Assembly: GCA_965240325.2 (NCBI GenBank)
Contig: OZ251224.1
Coordinates: 2,914,001 to 2,978,000 of the forward strand
Direction: 5' to 3'
Length of the DNA stretch: 64,000 nt
DNA from: Rebecca billardiae RCC1528
Lineage: Eukaryota > Protista > Haptophyta
The notes below the pieces were generated by a model, which saw only the letters and a program-made list of their open reading frames with translations, did not search any database and was not told the origin of the DNA. The translations under genes were made by a program, and so were the position numbers. This document shows, piece by piece, positions 34,612-46,247 of the stretch. Each line of letters begins with the position of its first letter. The first letter of the stretch is position 1.

Positions 34612-35762
34612 CTACCAGCGGTCCAGCGGGCAGCGGCTCCGGACTCGGAGGCGGACATCATTTTATTACTGACATACCGTTACACTGATGATGTCAAAGA
34701 CGACCAGCTAGGACTAGCAGCTATACCCTCACCTGCCTGCGCCGGTCTCTTTTGTGGCGGTGTCTTTGTGCAGTGTTGGATGGCGTCAATCACGGGCTTA
34801 ACCAAGTGTGCACGACAGCAGCACGTTAAATCATAGTAAACTGTATGCTGTATTGAGTACTATGCAGAAGTACGGCTTACGGTATGACTGTAAGAGTGAG
34901 TGTACCATTGTAAGCATATCGTCGTCATCGTATTATTTCGTCACTGTCCTTTTACACTTATTGTCGTCAGTGAATTATTCTGCTGATGATGACGATTGAC
35001 GACAGACAGATGATGATTGTCATGTAGTGGGGTCAGAGCTCCGACCGTTACACTCTCGGGTGCCACAATCTCCCGAAATCTCTTAGCATGAACTATCACA
35101 CGGGTATTTACTTGGACGAACTAGTTAGTAGGCGTTAAGGCTTAATTCCAGGGTGTAGAATCCGCCTGTGCCAATTTCAGACTGCCAAAAAGTGATCTAG
35201 ACGGTGCGATTCTGGTGCAAATAGCGAGCTCACCTTGGAGGTCGTGTATCTCCCCTACTAATGTTGCCGAGATCGCGTCGAGATTGAGGTCGTATATCTC
35301 CAGTATACTGTGACATTTTTCGCAAAACTTGTCAGCGTGACCCCAGCTCATTTCAGGCAAATATTGACATCCCGAAGTCTGAGAGCCTCATCTCAAGACG
35401 ACAGGATGTCAGGAAGTTGGATTTTGGGCCACGCACCCCCCAGTGACGCAGTGGGGCGGTGGGGCCGTCTTACTCTTAGTTAGGCGGACCCCTACTCTAA
35501 TTGTCATGAACTTCGGAAGCATGGCGCCTGTAGTCGCATTATAAGTGTAACCTGCCGGCTCGGGCCTCGGGGCCGGGGGCGGGCGCCGGGGCGACTCGGG
35601 GCACTAAGAGCCTTAACCTTTATAATAGCATTGAAATTTGAACGGCGCCGCCGCTGACCGAGTCACTGACCAACGCGGGTCCGCCAAGGGCAAGCGCGCA
35701 CTGTCCGCGTCGACTCCGCTGCGGATAGCCGGTGGCAACGGCATAACGTGGTGCGTGATGCA

Positions 35763-37613
35763 TCAGTCGCTCCACTCGTCGTCCTCGTCGTCCTTCTGGG
35801 CCTCCATGTCCTTCCGGCGCTGCAGAATGGCGGCGGCCAGGGCTGTGGCGAGGCTGCTTTGATCCGGCGCCGACATCCTCCCGAGAGCGGGCAGCTCCGG
35901 CGTCGCCTGCGCAATCTTTGGCGGCGGAGCATCCGACACCCGCCGCAGCTGCTTGCCCAAGCGAATCTCGGCCATCAGATCAGTGCCGCCGGCTCCGCGC
36001 GACGGCTCCGGAGTGCCGCCAGAGCCATGAGAACGGACGTGCGGCGCAGGCGGCTCACGCGGCGCGTTGGGAGTCGAGGCAGCGCCGATCGCTGCCGCCG
36101 CCGCCGGTGGTGGTGGTGGCGGCGGCGGAGGTGGCGGCGGCGGCGGCGGTGCGGCTGGGGCCGGTGGTGGCTGCGTTAGCGCGCCCGCCCGCACAGCCTC
36201 GGCGGCGTTGGCCGCTGCTTGCCGCTTGCCGCTCACCCCTGCACCACCGGCTCGCTCTGAGGTGGCGGACGACGCCTGCAGCCGCGGAGGCTGCGGGTGC
36301 GCTGGCGACGCGGTTTCGGGCGGGACGATCTGGACTGAATGCATCGGCCGACTGCGCGAAGGCGAGAAGCGGCGCCACAACGACGTGCCGCCGCCACCCG
36401 CCGATGCCCCGCGTTCGGATGGGGCTGCGGCAGCTGCCGCTGCCGCTGCCGTCGGCGCCGGTGCGCTGCCAGCAGCCACGCCCCCGCGCTGTGCGCGTCG
36501 AGACTGGGGCAGCGGGGGCGGCTGCGGCGCGGGCGCCGCGGCGTCATCATCCGCGAAGTGCTTCGCTTGCGCCGTGTCTCGCAGCGACTTGTGCGGCTGC
36601 AGCGGCGCCTTGAGCAGGTGGGCGGGCAGCCGCGCCTCCGCCCGCAGCACGGCTCCGGGCGAGCTCGCCTCAGCGGCCTGCGTGCCGCTTGCCAAGTCCG
36701 TCTTGACCGCCGACTGCCGGAGCACCTGCGACGGAGCGGGCTTCTGTGGCGTCGAGCAAACCGCCCCGTGAGCCATCCGACCCGGCGCCGCGGCGGACGC
36801 CGGGCGCGCGGCCGCCGGCCCCGGCTCCGCGCGCTCGAGCTGGTACGCCTGCACCGTGCGCGCGACCAGCCTCGCCGTGCGCGCGTCGCGCAGCTCGCTC
36901 TTGCGGATGCCCGCCTGCTTGAAGACGGCCTTCCACTCGGGCGGGATGTTGCGGACTTCGAAGCCGCCGTCCGACGCGAAGCCCACGTGCGTCGTGTGCT
37001 GCACGTCCGTCGGCAGGCCAATGTCCATCGACCTGGACGCCGCCGCGGCGTCCTCGCTGCTGCCGCCTCGGCTGAGCCACCCGGCGATCGACTGCAACAA
37101 GCCGCCGCCGCTCTTGCCTTCGGTGGAGGCGCGGCCCTTGGCGCCGCCCGCGGGCGACGACGTAGGCGCCCCGCTGCCTCTCCTCTCGGCCGGTGCGGCC
37201 GGTGGGACGGCCGGCCCCGGGGCCAGCTTGGGCGAGAGGCGCGGCACGAGCGTCGCAAACCGGGCAGCGTCCGCTTCGTCCGCGAAGGAAAAGCCGACGA
37301 CGCCGTCCTCGAGCTCGAAGCAGTGGAACGTGGGCATCGATGTGATCTGGTAGCCAAAGTCGTAATACAGGAATACCTCGAACGCGAGCTTCGCCGGTGG
37401 GCCGAGCCGATACACCGCGAGCGTCTGCACCTGCTCGTTCCGCTTGTCAATGGTGTACGCTGCGACGCCGGCGAGGCGGCACTCGACCCACGCACGCGCG
37501 TGCGGGTCAGCGCGGTAGACTTTGACCGCGCCCGTGCACACGCAGGCGCGTGCACCGCCCACCGCGGTCGTCACGTCGCTCCGCTGCGACGGCGTGAGCG
37601 TGCCGCCGGCCAT
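35763..37613 (-). CDS. WASP: WASP-family actin nucleation-promoting factor (WH1-CRIB-polyPro-WH2-C-A)
   Basis: WH1 (FHCFELEDGVVGFSFADEADA), CRIB IGLPTDVQHTTHVG, NIPPEWK.VF..AGI, poly-Pro, WH2 DLMAEIRLGKQLRRV, central LATALAAAILQRR, acidic DDEDDEWSD end. Confidence 0.92.
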   Translation of the reverse strand: MAGGTLTPSQRSDVTTAVGGARACVCTGAVKVYRADPHARAWVECRLAGVAAYTIDKRNEQVQTLAVYRLGPPAKLAFEVFLYYDFGYQITSMPTFHCFELEDGVVGFSFADEADAARFATLVPRLSPKLAPGPAVPPAAPAERRGSGAPTSSPAGGAKGRASTEGKSGGGLLQSIAGWLSRGGSSEDAAAASRSMDIGLPTDVQHTTHVGFASDGGFEVRNIPPEWKAVFKQAGIRKSELRDARTARLVARTVQAYQLERAEPGPAAARPASAAAPGRMAHGAVCSTPQKPAPSQVLRQSAVKTDLASGTQAAEASSPGAVLRAEARLPAHLLKAPLQPHKSLRDTAQAKHFADDDAAAPAPQPPPLPQSRRAQRGGVAAGSAPAPTAAAAAAAAAPSERGASAGGGGTSLWRRFSPSRSRPMHSVQIVPPETASPAHPQPPRLQASSATSERAGGAGVSGKRQAAANAAEAVRAGALTQPPPAPAAPPPPPPPPPPPPPPPAAAAAIGAASTPNAPREPPAPHVRSHGSGGTPEPSRGAGGTDLMAEIRLGKQLRRVSDAPPPKIAQATPELPALGRMSAPDQSSLATALAAAILQRRKDMEAQKDDEDDEWSD

Positions 37614-37735
37614 GCTCTTGGGAGCGGTTGGAGGCACGTTCAAGACAAGTTCTCGTGAGTCATCCGGCAGACCGGCAAGCTTGCTGGCAAAGGTCTTCGT
37701 CCATCAGATGATCGAACGATGGCGGCGGCGAGCAC

Positions 37736-37932
37736 ATGAAGCGTAGGAAGCTCATCGCTCTCATCGTCCTCGTGCTCGCCCTGCAGACGATAGTCGTGGT
37801 CCTGCTGGGACTCTGGCTCTCGGACTCGAGCCTGCCCGTGGGTGAGGAGCCCTCCGTCTCGCGCGTTCGGGCCGCAGCTCCGTCGGGCCGCGGTCGCGGC
37901 GCGGACAAGGCCACGGCCGAGCGTGCGGACGG

Positions 37933-37966
<34 letters not shown>

Positions 37967-39934
37967 GAGGAGGAGGACGCGAGCGGCTCGGGCGGCACAG
38001 GGCTCGCCACGCAGGCGCGCGCACGACCGGCAGCTTCGGCGCTGGTGGACACTGCTTCGGAGGACGACGTGCTTGACGTGCGAGAAGCGCGCGAGCGCGC
38101 CACCGCTCACGTGGGCATGCCGTCCGAGGCGTCGGTGTTCGGCTCCGGCAGCACTGACGATGCCGACGCGGCGGCCGATGCTGTCGAGGACGCCGTGGAG
38201 GGCGCAGAGCTGCCGCCGCGGCGAGATGCGCCCAGTTCGACGCACGCCGGCGCGCACGAGCCAGCCGCTGGCGCCCCGGCCGAGAGCGGCTGCGTAGGCT
38301 GGATGTGCGGCCGCGCTGCGGCGGTGGGCGCCGGCGGCCCCGCGGCCGAAGCTTTCGACCGCCTCGATCCGCGGAACTTTGTGCCGTCGAGCACGCCTGG
38401 GATCGTGCGCGAGTCCCGAGAGACGACCGAGCTCGACGTGCTCACGGCCACGCTGCCCAACTGCACGAAGAAGTTCAAGGTGGGCGACCGCAAGGACCAC
38501 AAGCGCTCGATTGCGTCAGCGTTCCGCGAGCTCGGGCTGTGCGAGACGCGCTTCTCCGACTACGACGTGCGCTGGGGGCAACAGTGGGACTGGGGCTGGG
38601 AGCCGGACAAGCGCGAGATCCTGTCGCGCAAGGCCGGCGACATCGTGAACAACATCCCGGGCTTCCAGGACACGGTCGGCGAGAAGCTCGGGCTCGCGCG
38701 CATGCACATGGACTGCATCGAGCGGCACGGGCCGCACCAGGCGCAGACGTGGTGCACGTACACCAAGCGCGCCTTCAACGTGGGCCGCTTCGGCTCGGAG
38801 GTGCACTTCCGCTTCAACGAGTTCCGCAAGCACTCGAAGCTGATCGCCTCGCAGCAGAACGTGAAGTGGCCGCTCTTCTGGATCATCAAGAAGCAGCAGA
38901 AGTCGTACGGGTCGCACTTCATGCAGATCGTCGCGCTGCGGCACAAGGACCTCACGTCCACGGGCGACCTGGCGCGCTGGATCGACGAGACGATCCCCGA
39001 GGGCGGCTGGACGGTGCAGGAGTACATCAAGTACCCGCTCACCTACCGCGGGCGCAAGTTTGACGTGCGCGTCTGGGGGCTCGTCACCTCCGTCAACCCG
39101 CTGCGCGTGTACCTGCTCGACTCGGCCTTCCCCAAGATCTCGACGTTCGCGTACAACGACTCGACCGCCAACCTCGCCAACCCGTGCATGCACGTCATCA
39201 TGCCGCTCGGCGAGGCGTGCATCGCGTACGCCGACCGGCTGATCAAGCCGTACCCGCCCTCGACGCGCTCGCGGCTCTTCCTCGACCACATCCGCGGCTA
39301 CCGCGCCAAGATCGCGGTCGACTGGCGCGAGATGTGGGCGGAGGAGGTGTGGCCGCAGATCGCCATCAAGATCCTGATGGCGCTGCTGCAGGCGCGCTCG
39401 CAGCCGCTCAAGATCGACCGCAAGATCAAGGCGGCCGGGCGGCGGTACAAGCGCTTCCTCTTCCTCTCCCCCGACTTTGTCATCGACGCGAACGGAGGCG
39501 CGTTCATGGTTGAGCTCAACACAAACGGCTTCATGATCGGAGACCAGTATCCGGAGCTCTTCACCGCGCAGAACGAGACCAAGGCGGCCATGGTGATGCT
39601 CGGCGTGACCGACTACCCGCGCCGCGGCACGTACGAGGCGCAGATGCGAGATGCCATCGCCGACTTCTGCTCGGATGTTGCGCCGTGCGACGCCGAGGAC
39701 AACGCGGCGCTCGAGGAATTCGTGCACGAGGAGCGGCACCTGTCCAACGGCTGGACGCGCATCTTCCCCTCGGAGCTCTTCTCGCGCTACTGGGAGTCAC
39801 TCGACCACTCCAACGACCTCAGAGGAGACAACGTCTTCATGACTGCGCAGGACAAGCTGGTCGAGTCCTTCATTAAGACGACGTGGCAGCCGCGCTTTGG
39901 CGGCGACCGCTACGCGCCGCCTCCAGGAACCTAG
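37736..39934 (+). CDS. Tubulin-tyrosine ligase-like (ATP-grasp) protein with N-terminal signal anchor
   Basis: VNNIPG, WIIK, VQEYIKYPL...RKFDVRVWGLVTSVNPLRVY, DFVID...MVELN motifs. MKRRK followed by about 22 hydrophobic residues. Confidence 0.85.
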
Positions 39935-41021
39935 CCGCCCGATGGTACATCTAGCTTACGCGGATCAACGAGTCATCGCGACAGGCTTTTCTGGCAAGTC
40001 GGTGGCAACCCGGCTGCCGCCGCTGCCGGCACCGCCACGCCCACCGCTGACCGCCCTCCATGGGCATGTGCACAGCGGCCAGCGCGGCCCTGAGCGGGGT
40101 GCCAGCAGCCGCAGGCGGCAGGCCCGCAGCCGCAGGGGCACCGTCGCGGGTCCCGCCCGGCCCGGCGGGTCAGACCGTACGCTCCCATACGACTGATCGG
40201 AGACACTCTCACTGATGGCGGATGATGTCAGCCCGCACCGCGGCGGGCCCGTCCGCCGCGGCCCGTCCCGCGTCTAATTAGCCTATATATATTATTCAGG
40301 CGAGTCCGCGGGGCTGCCGGCGCGGGTGGCCGCGGTGGGGCGGGCCGCGGGGGCCTCCGGGCCCGGGGCGGGTCAGAGACAGAGTGTCTCACAGTCTGTG
40401 TCACTGCTACGGTGTAGCCTGTGTCAGTCTTAGTATGCGGTGAGCACGGTGTGTATCACTGTGTACTGTCACTGTGTCGTCTGTGACTGTCACAGTCTGT
40501 CACACAGGGCTCGGCGGCCGCGGGCGCGGCCGACTCTAGATATCGCGGATAGCCTGACAGTCAGTGTCTGAGTGAGTGTCAGTCAGACAGTCCGTGAGCG
40601 ACCGTACTGGTCAAGACTCGGGAACGGACCGTGGCGGTGACGGCGGCGCCCTGAGAGTCTGATGGCGGCCTGCCACTCGTATCAGTTTTCATATCATCAG
40701 CGTTACGTTTAGGCGAATTCGCGGCTAGAAGCGGCATCACTCCTCGCGGTGCCTAGAGGGGCAGCAACAGTGACGGCCGACAGCGTCGACAAAGCCAAAG
40801 GCGCGCCCTCGGGACACGTCACTTCTGAACGGCCGTGTGAGCTGGTCGGGTGGGAAGTGACCACGCCCTGGGCTGTCGACCATACCATCCTCCCGATGCC
40901 GTGCGCGCCTCATGTGCCCCTCTAGCCGTGCCTCGGGGCTGCTCGAGATCGTCGGCATCGATTGTTCTATGGAGAGCTCGGCAGCTCGCTGTGCAGCTGC
41001 GCGCAGCGTAGGCCTCATCCC

Positions 41022-41504
41022 TCACACCTTGTACTGTGTCAGGTCCACACCGTACTTTTTCGCGGTCAGGTCGATGCCATACTTGTCAATGGTCTTCATC
41101 GTCTTCGTCGCAAGCTTCATCCGCACCCACCCGTTGAGCTCCGGCGAGAAGTACTTCTTCTTGTGCAGGTTGATTCCCTGCTTCCGGCTCGAGACGCGGT
41201 GCGAGAACGAGATTGCATTCGCGTTGTTCGGCCCGCGGCCCGTCATCTGGCACTTGCGCCCACTGTTTGCACCCATAGTCACCTCAGAGCGCTGCGGAAT
41301 CGCCTGCGTCGCGCAACGGGGTGGCAGGTGCGGGGAAACAGCCCTGCGCTCAGCCCAGTCGCACGGCGAGACAATTGGCCCGCCCGCGCCGGAGGCAACT
41401 GAATGGCGCACGCGTACCTGGGATCGGAGGGCACGGGGGGTTGCGACGAACGCATGGCTCTGGCTCAGCCCGAGCAGCGCGGCGAGAAGGACGAGCACGC
41501 GCAT
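41022..41504 (-). CDS. rpl28: Nuclear-encoded plastid 50S ribosomal protein L28; intron 41304-41417
   Basis: RKCQMTG...NNANAISFSH....KQGINLHKK, WVRMKLATKTMKTIDKYG. Bipartite leader MRVLVLLAALLGLSQSHA-FV. In-frame GT-AG intron of 114 nt. Confidence 0.9.
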   Translation of the reverse strand: MRVLVLLAALLGLSQSHAFVATPRALRSQVRVRHSVASGAGGPIVSPCDWAERRAVSPHLPPRCATQAIPQRSEVTMGANSGRKCQMTGRGPNNANAISFSHRVSSRKQGINLHKKKYFSPELNGWVRMKLATKTMKTIDKYGIDLTAKKYGVDLTQYKV

Positions 41505-41789
41505 GGCCACAGTCCCCCGGCGATTTGCGCGAGAGCAGGGGGCGAGCCCTAGACACCGGCCGCAGCTTGACCACGCAGCTCCTGATGAATGTATGCCGTC
41601 CCGGTTCAGTCGTCCGGACTTCCGAACACACGCGAAAACTCGTCCGGACGGTTTTCTACAGCTGCGCCGTTGTTGCAGTAGCCAATCAGAGCCGAGTGTT
41701 GGGGAGGCGCGCGACTACGCCGATCGCCAACCACCGGCGGCGGCGCAGCGCGACAGGTACGACCGGGGCGGCCGCGCTTGACCTCCACC

Positions 41790-43120
41790 ATGCTGCTCGG
41801 AGCCACGGCCACCGCTAGGCGCGCGTCGCGCTTCGCGGGGGCGAGGCGAACGGTGGTGGTCGCACAGCGTGCGTTCAGCACGGGCGACCGCGTGTACGGC
41901 AACCTGAAGGATGAGGACCGCATCTTCACCAACCTGTACTGCGACGGCAGCCCGTGGCTCGAGGGCGCGAAGAAGCGCGGCGACTGGTACCGCACGAAGG
42001 ACATCGTGCTGCTGGGCCCCGAGAAGATCATCGCCGAGGTCAAGCGCTCCGGCCTGCGCGGCCGCGGCGGCGCCGGTTTCCCCTCTGGGCTCAAGTGGTC
42101 GTTCATGCCGAAGAACAACACGGAGAAGCCGCAGTACCTCGTCGTGAACGCAGACGAGTCGGAGCCTGGCACGTGCAAGGACCGCGAGATCATGCGGCAC
42201 GACCCGCACAAGCTCATCGAAGGCTGCCTGATCGCCGGGACGGCCATGCGCGCGACGGCGGCGTACATCTACATCCGCGGCGAGTTCGTGTACGAGGCCA
42301 CGTGCCTCGAGCGCGCGGTCGCGGAGGCGTATGAGGCCGGCCTCATCGGCAAGAATGCGTGCGGCTCGGGCAAGGACTTCGACGTGTACGTGCACCGTGG
42401 TGCCGGCGCGTACATCTGCGGCGAGGAGACGGGCCTGCTCGAGTCCCTCGAGGGCAAGACGGGCAAGCCGCGCCTCAAGCCGCCCTTCCCGGCAAACGCG
42501 GGCCTGTACGGCTGCCCGACCACGGTGACCAACGTCGAGACGGTCGCCGTCGCGCCGACGATCATGCGCAAGGGCGGCGACTGGTTCGCGGGCTTCGGCC
42601 GCAAGAACAACTCGGGCACGAAGCTGTTCTGCATCTCCGGCCACGTGAACAACCCGATCACCGTCGAGGAGGAGATGAGCATCCCGCTGCGGTGCGCGCG
42701 GATGCCGTGAGCGGTGAAAGCGCCGTGTGTCGCTCCGCGAGCGCCCCGCGTGCGCGGCTGGCTGGAAGGGTCACGAAGTGGTCCGCGGCGTTGCGCTCGC
42801 GCCGGCCTACACCGCCTGTCCGCGCGCTCACCTCGCGCCGCTCGCCGCGCCGTGGTACCCGTCGGCGCGTGCGCCAGGGAGCTGCTCGAGAAGCACTGCG
42901 GCGGCGTGCGCGGCGGCTGGGACAACCTGCTCGGCGTGATCCCCGGTGGCTCGTCCGTGCCGATCATGACCAAGAAGACGTGCGACGACGTGCTGATGGA
43001 CTTCGACGCGCTGGTTGCTGCTGGCTCGGGCCTCGGCACGGCGGCGGTGACCGTCTTCGACAAGTCGACCGACATCGTCGCGGCGATCGGTCGGCTCTCG
43101 AAGTTTTACGCGCACGAGAG

Positions 43121-43153
<33 letters not shown>

Positions 43154-43471
43154 GACCTGGATGAACAAGATCATGGACCGCATGGTGGTCGGCGATGCGA
43201 AGATGGAGGAGATCGACATGCTGTACGAGATCGCCACGCAGATCGAGGGCCACACCATCTGCGCGCTCGGTGACGCGGCGGCGTGGCCCATCCAGGGCTT
43301 GATTCGCGCCTTCCGGCCGGAGATGGAGGTGCGCGCGCGCGCGCCGCGCACGCTGCGCGCTGCCCGCCAAATGCCTGGGCTCATCTTGGCCCTGCGCGGT
43401 CGTCCCCTCACGCGCGTGCGGCTCGTGGCCAACAGGAGCGCATCATGAAGAAGCAGGCTGGCAAGCTCTGA
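41790..43471 (+). CDS. NDUFV1: Mitochondrial complex I 51-kDa flavoprotein subunit; exons 41790-42691, 42878-43328, 43436-43471
   Basis: [61 protein letters not shown]. Arg-rich presequence. Two GT-AG introns. Confidence 0.96.
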
Positions 43472-44181
43472 TCGGTGATGATCGGCGAGCGCGCACACAG
43501 GTGCTCTGAACGCGATGAAGATCACAAGGCGAGGGCCAGCTGGCCGAGCCACGCGCGTCGGTGGCCAGTTTCGCGGCGAGCGGCGCGCACTGAGATGCCG
43601 CCTGGCGGCCCCAGCCCAGTGATGCGCGGCGCGAGGCCAGGCGCGGACTGGCACCGCCCGAGCGGCTGCACAGTGCACACTGCTTGCCGACGCTGGCGAC
43701 CTGCGGGTCGCGGCCGGATCGCCCGGATCCTGTGTCACGGAGCCTGTGTGCAGCAGTCCGGCTGGTCGGTTAGCCTGGCGGGCTGTCGGCGCTGTCGCGC
43801 CTATGGAGTATGGCTAATCGCGCCCGCGGTCACGCGGTGGTTGACCGCGGGTTCGGTATATATTTGAAAACCTTTTTAAATTATAAATCATATTCCATAT
43901 ATATAGTAATATACTACGACCTCATCCTCATCCAGGCGCCCACGCGGGCGCACGGGGGCGACAGCCGCGGCTGCCGCTTGCCGGAGCTGCTCGCCGCTAG
44001 GTCGGCGGGCGGCGACATCGACTACGACCTCACCCTCATCCAAGTGCTCCGGAAGGCGCTCGGCCGCGGCGGCATCTGCCGTCGCCGCCGCGTGCCCCAG
44101 GCCGAGGCGGTGCTCCATCCCGGCCCCGCTCCCGTAGGGGGGCAGGGCTGCGGGTGGCGCACTGTCTGACCTGGACGGAAG

Positions 44182-44363
44182 GCGCGGACGCATTCTATGT
44201 GTCTGTTGCACTCTGAGCCTGACGCTTGTCCGATGCTGCCACGTCGTTAAATATATATATATATATTAATATATATATATATATTAATAAGCGCGGACGG
44301 CGTGCATTCTATGTGTCTGTTGCACTCTGAGCCTGACGCTTGTCCGATGCTGCCACGTCGTTA
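44182..44363 (+). repeat. Two direct ~70-bp repeats each followed by (TA)n; probable retroelement 3' ends
   Basis: 44182-44249 and 44291-44363 are identical apart from a 5-nt insertion. Both end CCACGTCGTTA(TA)n, like 9330-9363. Confidence 0.75.
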
Positions 44364-44611
44364 TATATATATATTAAGCCTACTGAGACCGTTTCAGGAC
44401 TACCGAGACTATATACTGCGCCTACTGACTGATATTTATCTCACTTTTCTGTACTCTGTAAATCTGTTATCCGTGTACTGAGTCTGTAGCCTGCTGATTC
44501 GTGTGCGCTGACGATATGTCGCCGCGCGGCTCTCGGCGTCAGTGCAGCAGCGCGTATGCTGGGCCATCCATGGCACCTGCCTGACACTCTGGTGCTAGTA
44601 GCCAGCACGAT

Positions 44612-45742
44612 TCATGCTGTCGTACTTCTGCGAACAGCGAGGCGCTTCCCAAGCTCGTACGACGAGATCATGATGGCGCACGCAGGTGCAACCTTCGTGA
44701 TGCGCGCGCCCATCCCTGACGCAAGCGCGCTGGCTCCCTCGGTCCTGATGATGCTGCGCAGCGTCTCGACGGGCCCCAGGGGTGCTTCTGCGGAGGTCGC
44801 CGGGTTGTACGAGTAGATGGCGATCTGCATCCGTGTCTTGACAACATCGAAGGGTGTCGTGACGCACGCCGCCACCATGCCCGCCGACGCGCCCGACAGG
44901 AAGGATGCGACGAACGGCGTCACCTCCGCCCTCTCCACGCGCGCCTTCGTCGACTCGTACAGCGTCCAGTACAGGCCGGAGAAGGGGATGTCGCGGAACA
45001 AGGTGGGCACCAGGCCCCGGTACAGCCCGCCGACGCCGTGCACGGCTGTCGTGCGGCGCAGGCCGCCGATGAGCCCGAGGCCGCGCTCCCAGATGCCCGA
45101 CTGCATCTGCGTGCGGATGAGCTCGATCGGCGCGACCGCGGCGGCGGCGATCGCGCGCGCCGACGTGCCGGCCAGAAGCGGCGCCCACGCGCTCACTGTA
45201 GCGTTCGACGACGCGTGCAGCTTGCGGCGCAGCTCCTCGTACGCCATCATATACAGCACGGTCGCAGGCACCGACATGGCCAGCGCAGGCCGCAGGCCCG
45301 ACCAGAGGCTGGTGATGCCCTCGTCCCGGACGATGCGGAGCATGGTCTGCGGCACGCTGAGAGAGGACGCCGCCCCTTCCGACGCCGCCACTGAGGCGGG
45401 CGCTCGCCATGGCCATGCACTCTTTGGGCCCACAGCTTCGCTCAGCCCGCGGTGCGTCACCTCTGGGTGGGGGCAGTCGGAGCACAGAGCCATGGAGGGC
45501 GGCCGTGCGTGGCCGTTGCGCTTCGCGACCTCAGCGCAGCACGTCTCGGATGCCGCTGTCTGCACCCCCGGCTGCTCGTGGATTCTCTGCTGCCTAGTCT
45601 TGACCACATCAAAGGGTGTGACCACGAGTGAGGTCGTGAGAGCGCCGCCGCAGGCTGAAAGCGCCTTCTGCGCAGGGGTTGCCTCGGCGTCGATATCGAG
45701 CACTGCGCCGTCCGACTCGGGCGGCACAACCTGCACGCGCAT
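44612..45742 (-). CDS. SLC25A39: Mitochondrial carrier, SLC25A39/40 (Mtm1) subfamily
   Basis: Three Px[D/E]xx[K/R] repeats. TPFDVVKTR, SVPATVLY, RDIPFSGLYW and KVAPACAIMISSYE are typical of the subfamily. Confidence 0.88.
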   Translation of the reverse strand: MRVQVVPPESDGAVLDIDAEATPAQKALSACGGALTTSLVVTPFDVVKTRQQRIHEQPGVQTAASETCCAEVAKRNGHARPPSMALCSDCPHPEVTHRGLSEAVGPKSAWPWRAPASVAASEGAASSLSVPQTMLRIVRDEGITSLWSGLRPALAMSVPATVLYMMAYEELRRKLHASSNATVSAWAPLLAGTSARAIAAAAVAPIELIRTQMQSGIWERGLGLIGGLRRTTAVHGVGGLYRGLVPTLFRDIPFSGLYWTLYESTKARVERAEVTPFVASFLSGASAGMVAACVTTPFDVVKTRMQIAIYSYNPATSAEAPLGPVETLRSIIRTEGASALASGMGARITKVAPACAIMISSYELGKRLAVRRSTTA

Positions 45743-46247
45743 CGGAGAACCTCACGATCGCGAATGGCGCCGTCGTCGTCGCGTGGCGGGTGAGTTGAAG
45801 TTTCGATCTCTCTCGCGGGCGTGCCGGCGTCCGCTTGACGGAACCTTGGGATCGGCACGATTTCTTTGGGCACGCGTTGCGCGTGCACGCACGGCACCCG
45901 TGCGTGCGCTGCCACCCACCCGCGCCCGGACAAGCACGGCGGCGGACATCTTTGGGCCATCATTTTTTATTGGCGGTGCAAATCGTACTGACGATGATTA
46001 ATCCGCGCGGCGAGACGACGACGACGATGAATGACGTGACGGCGGCATCCGCGACCGCGTCGCCCCCGAGAGCAATATGTATATTTGAAATATAACAACG
46101 CTGCACAAAGCGCCCGCGGCCCGCCTGATGATGCCGCCTCGGTCGACGACTCAGCCTGTGGCTGAGGCACAGCCTGGGTGACGCGTCGACGTTGGCGCGC
46201 GGACCGCGATGCGGAGCCGACTGCGTGCGGTGACGGTATGCATCGCG

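Noticed and set aside
35134-35618. TTAA-flanked element (GTTAAGGCT ... AGCCTTAAC)
   Set aside because: Only a 9-bp inverted match; could be chance.
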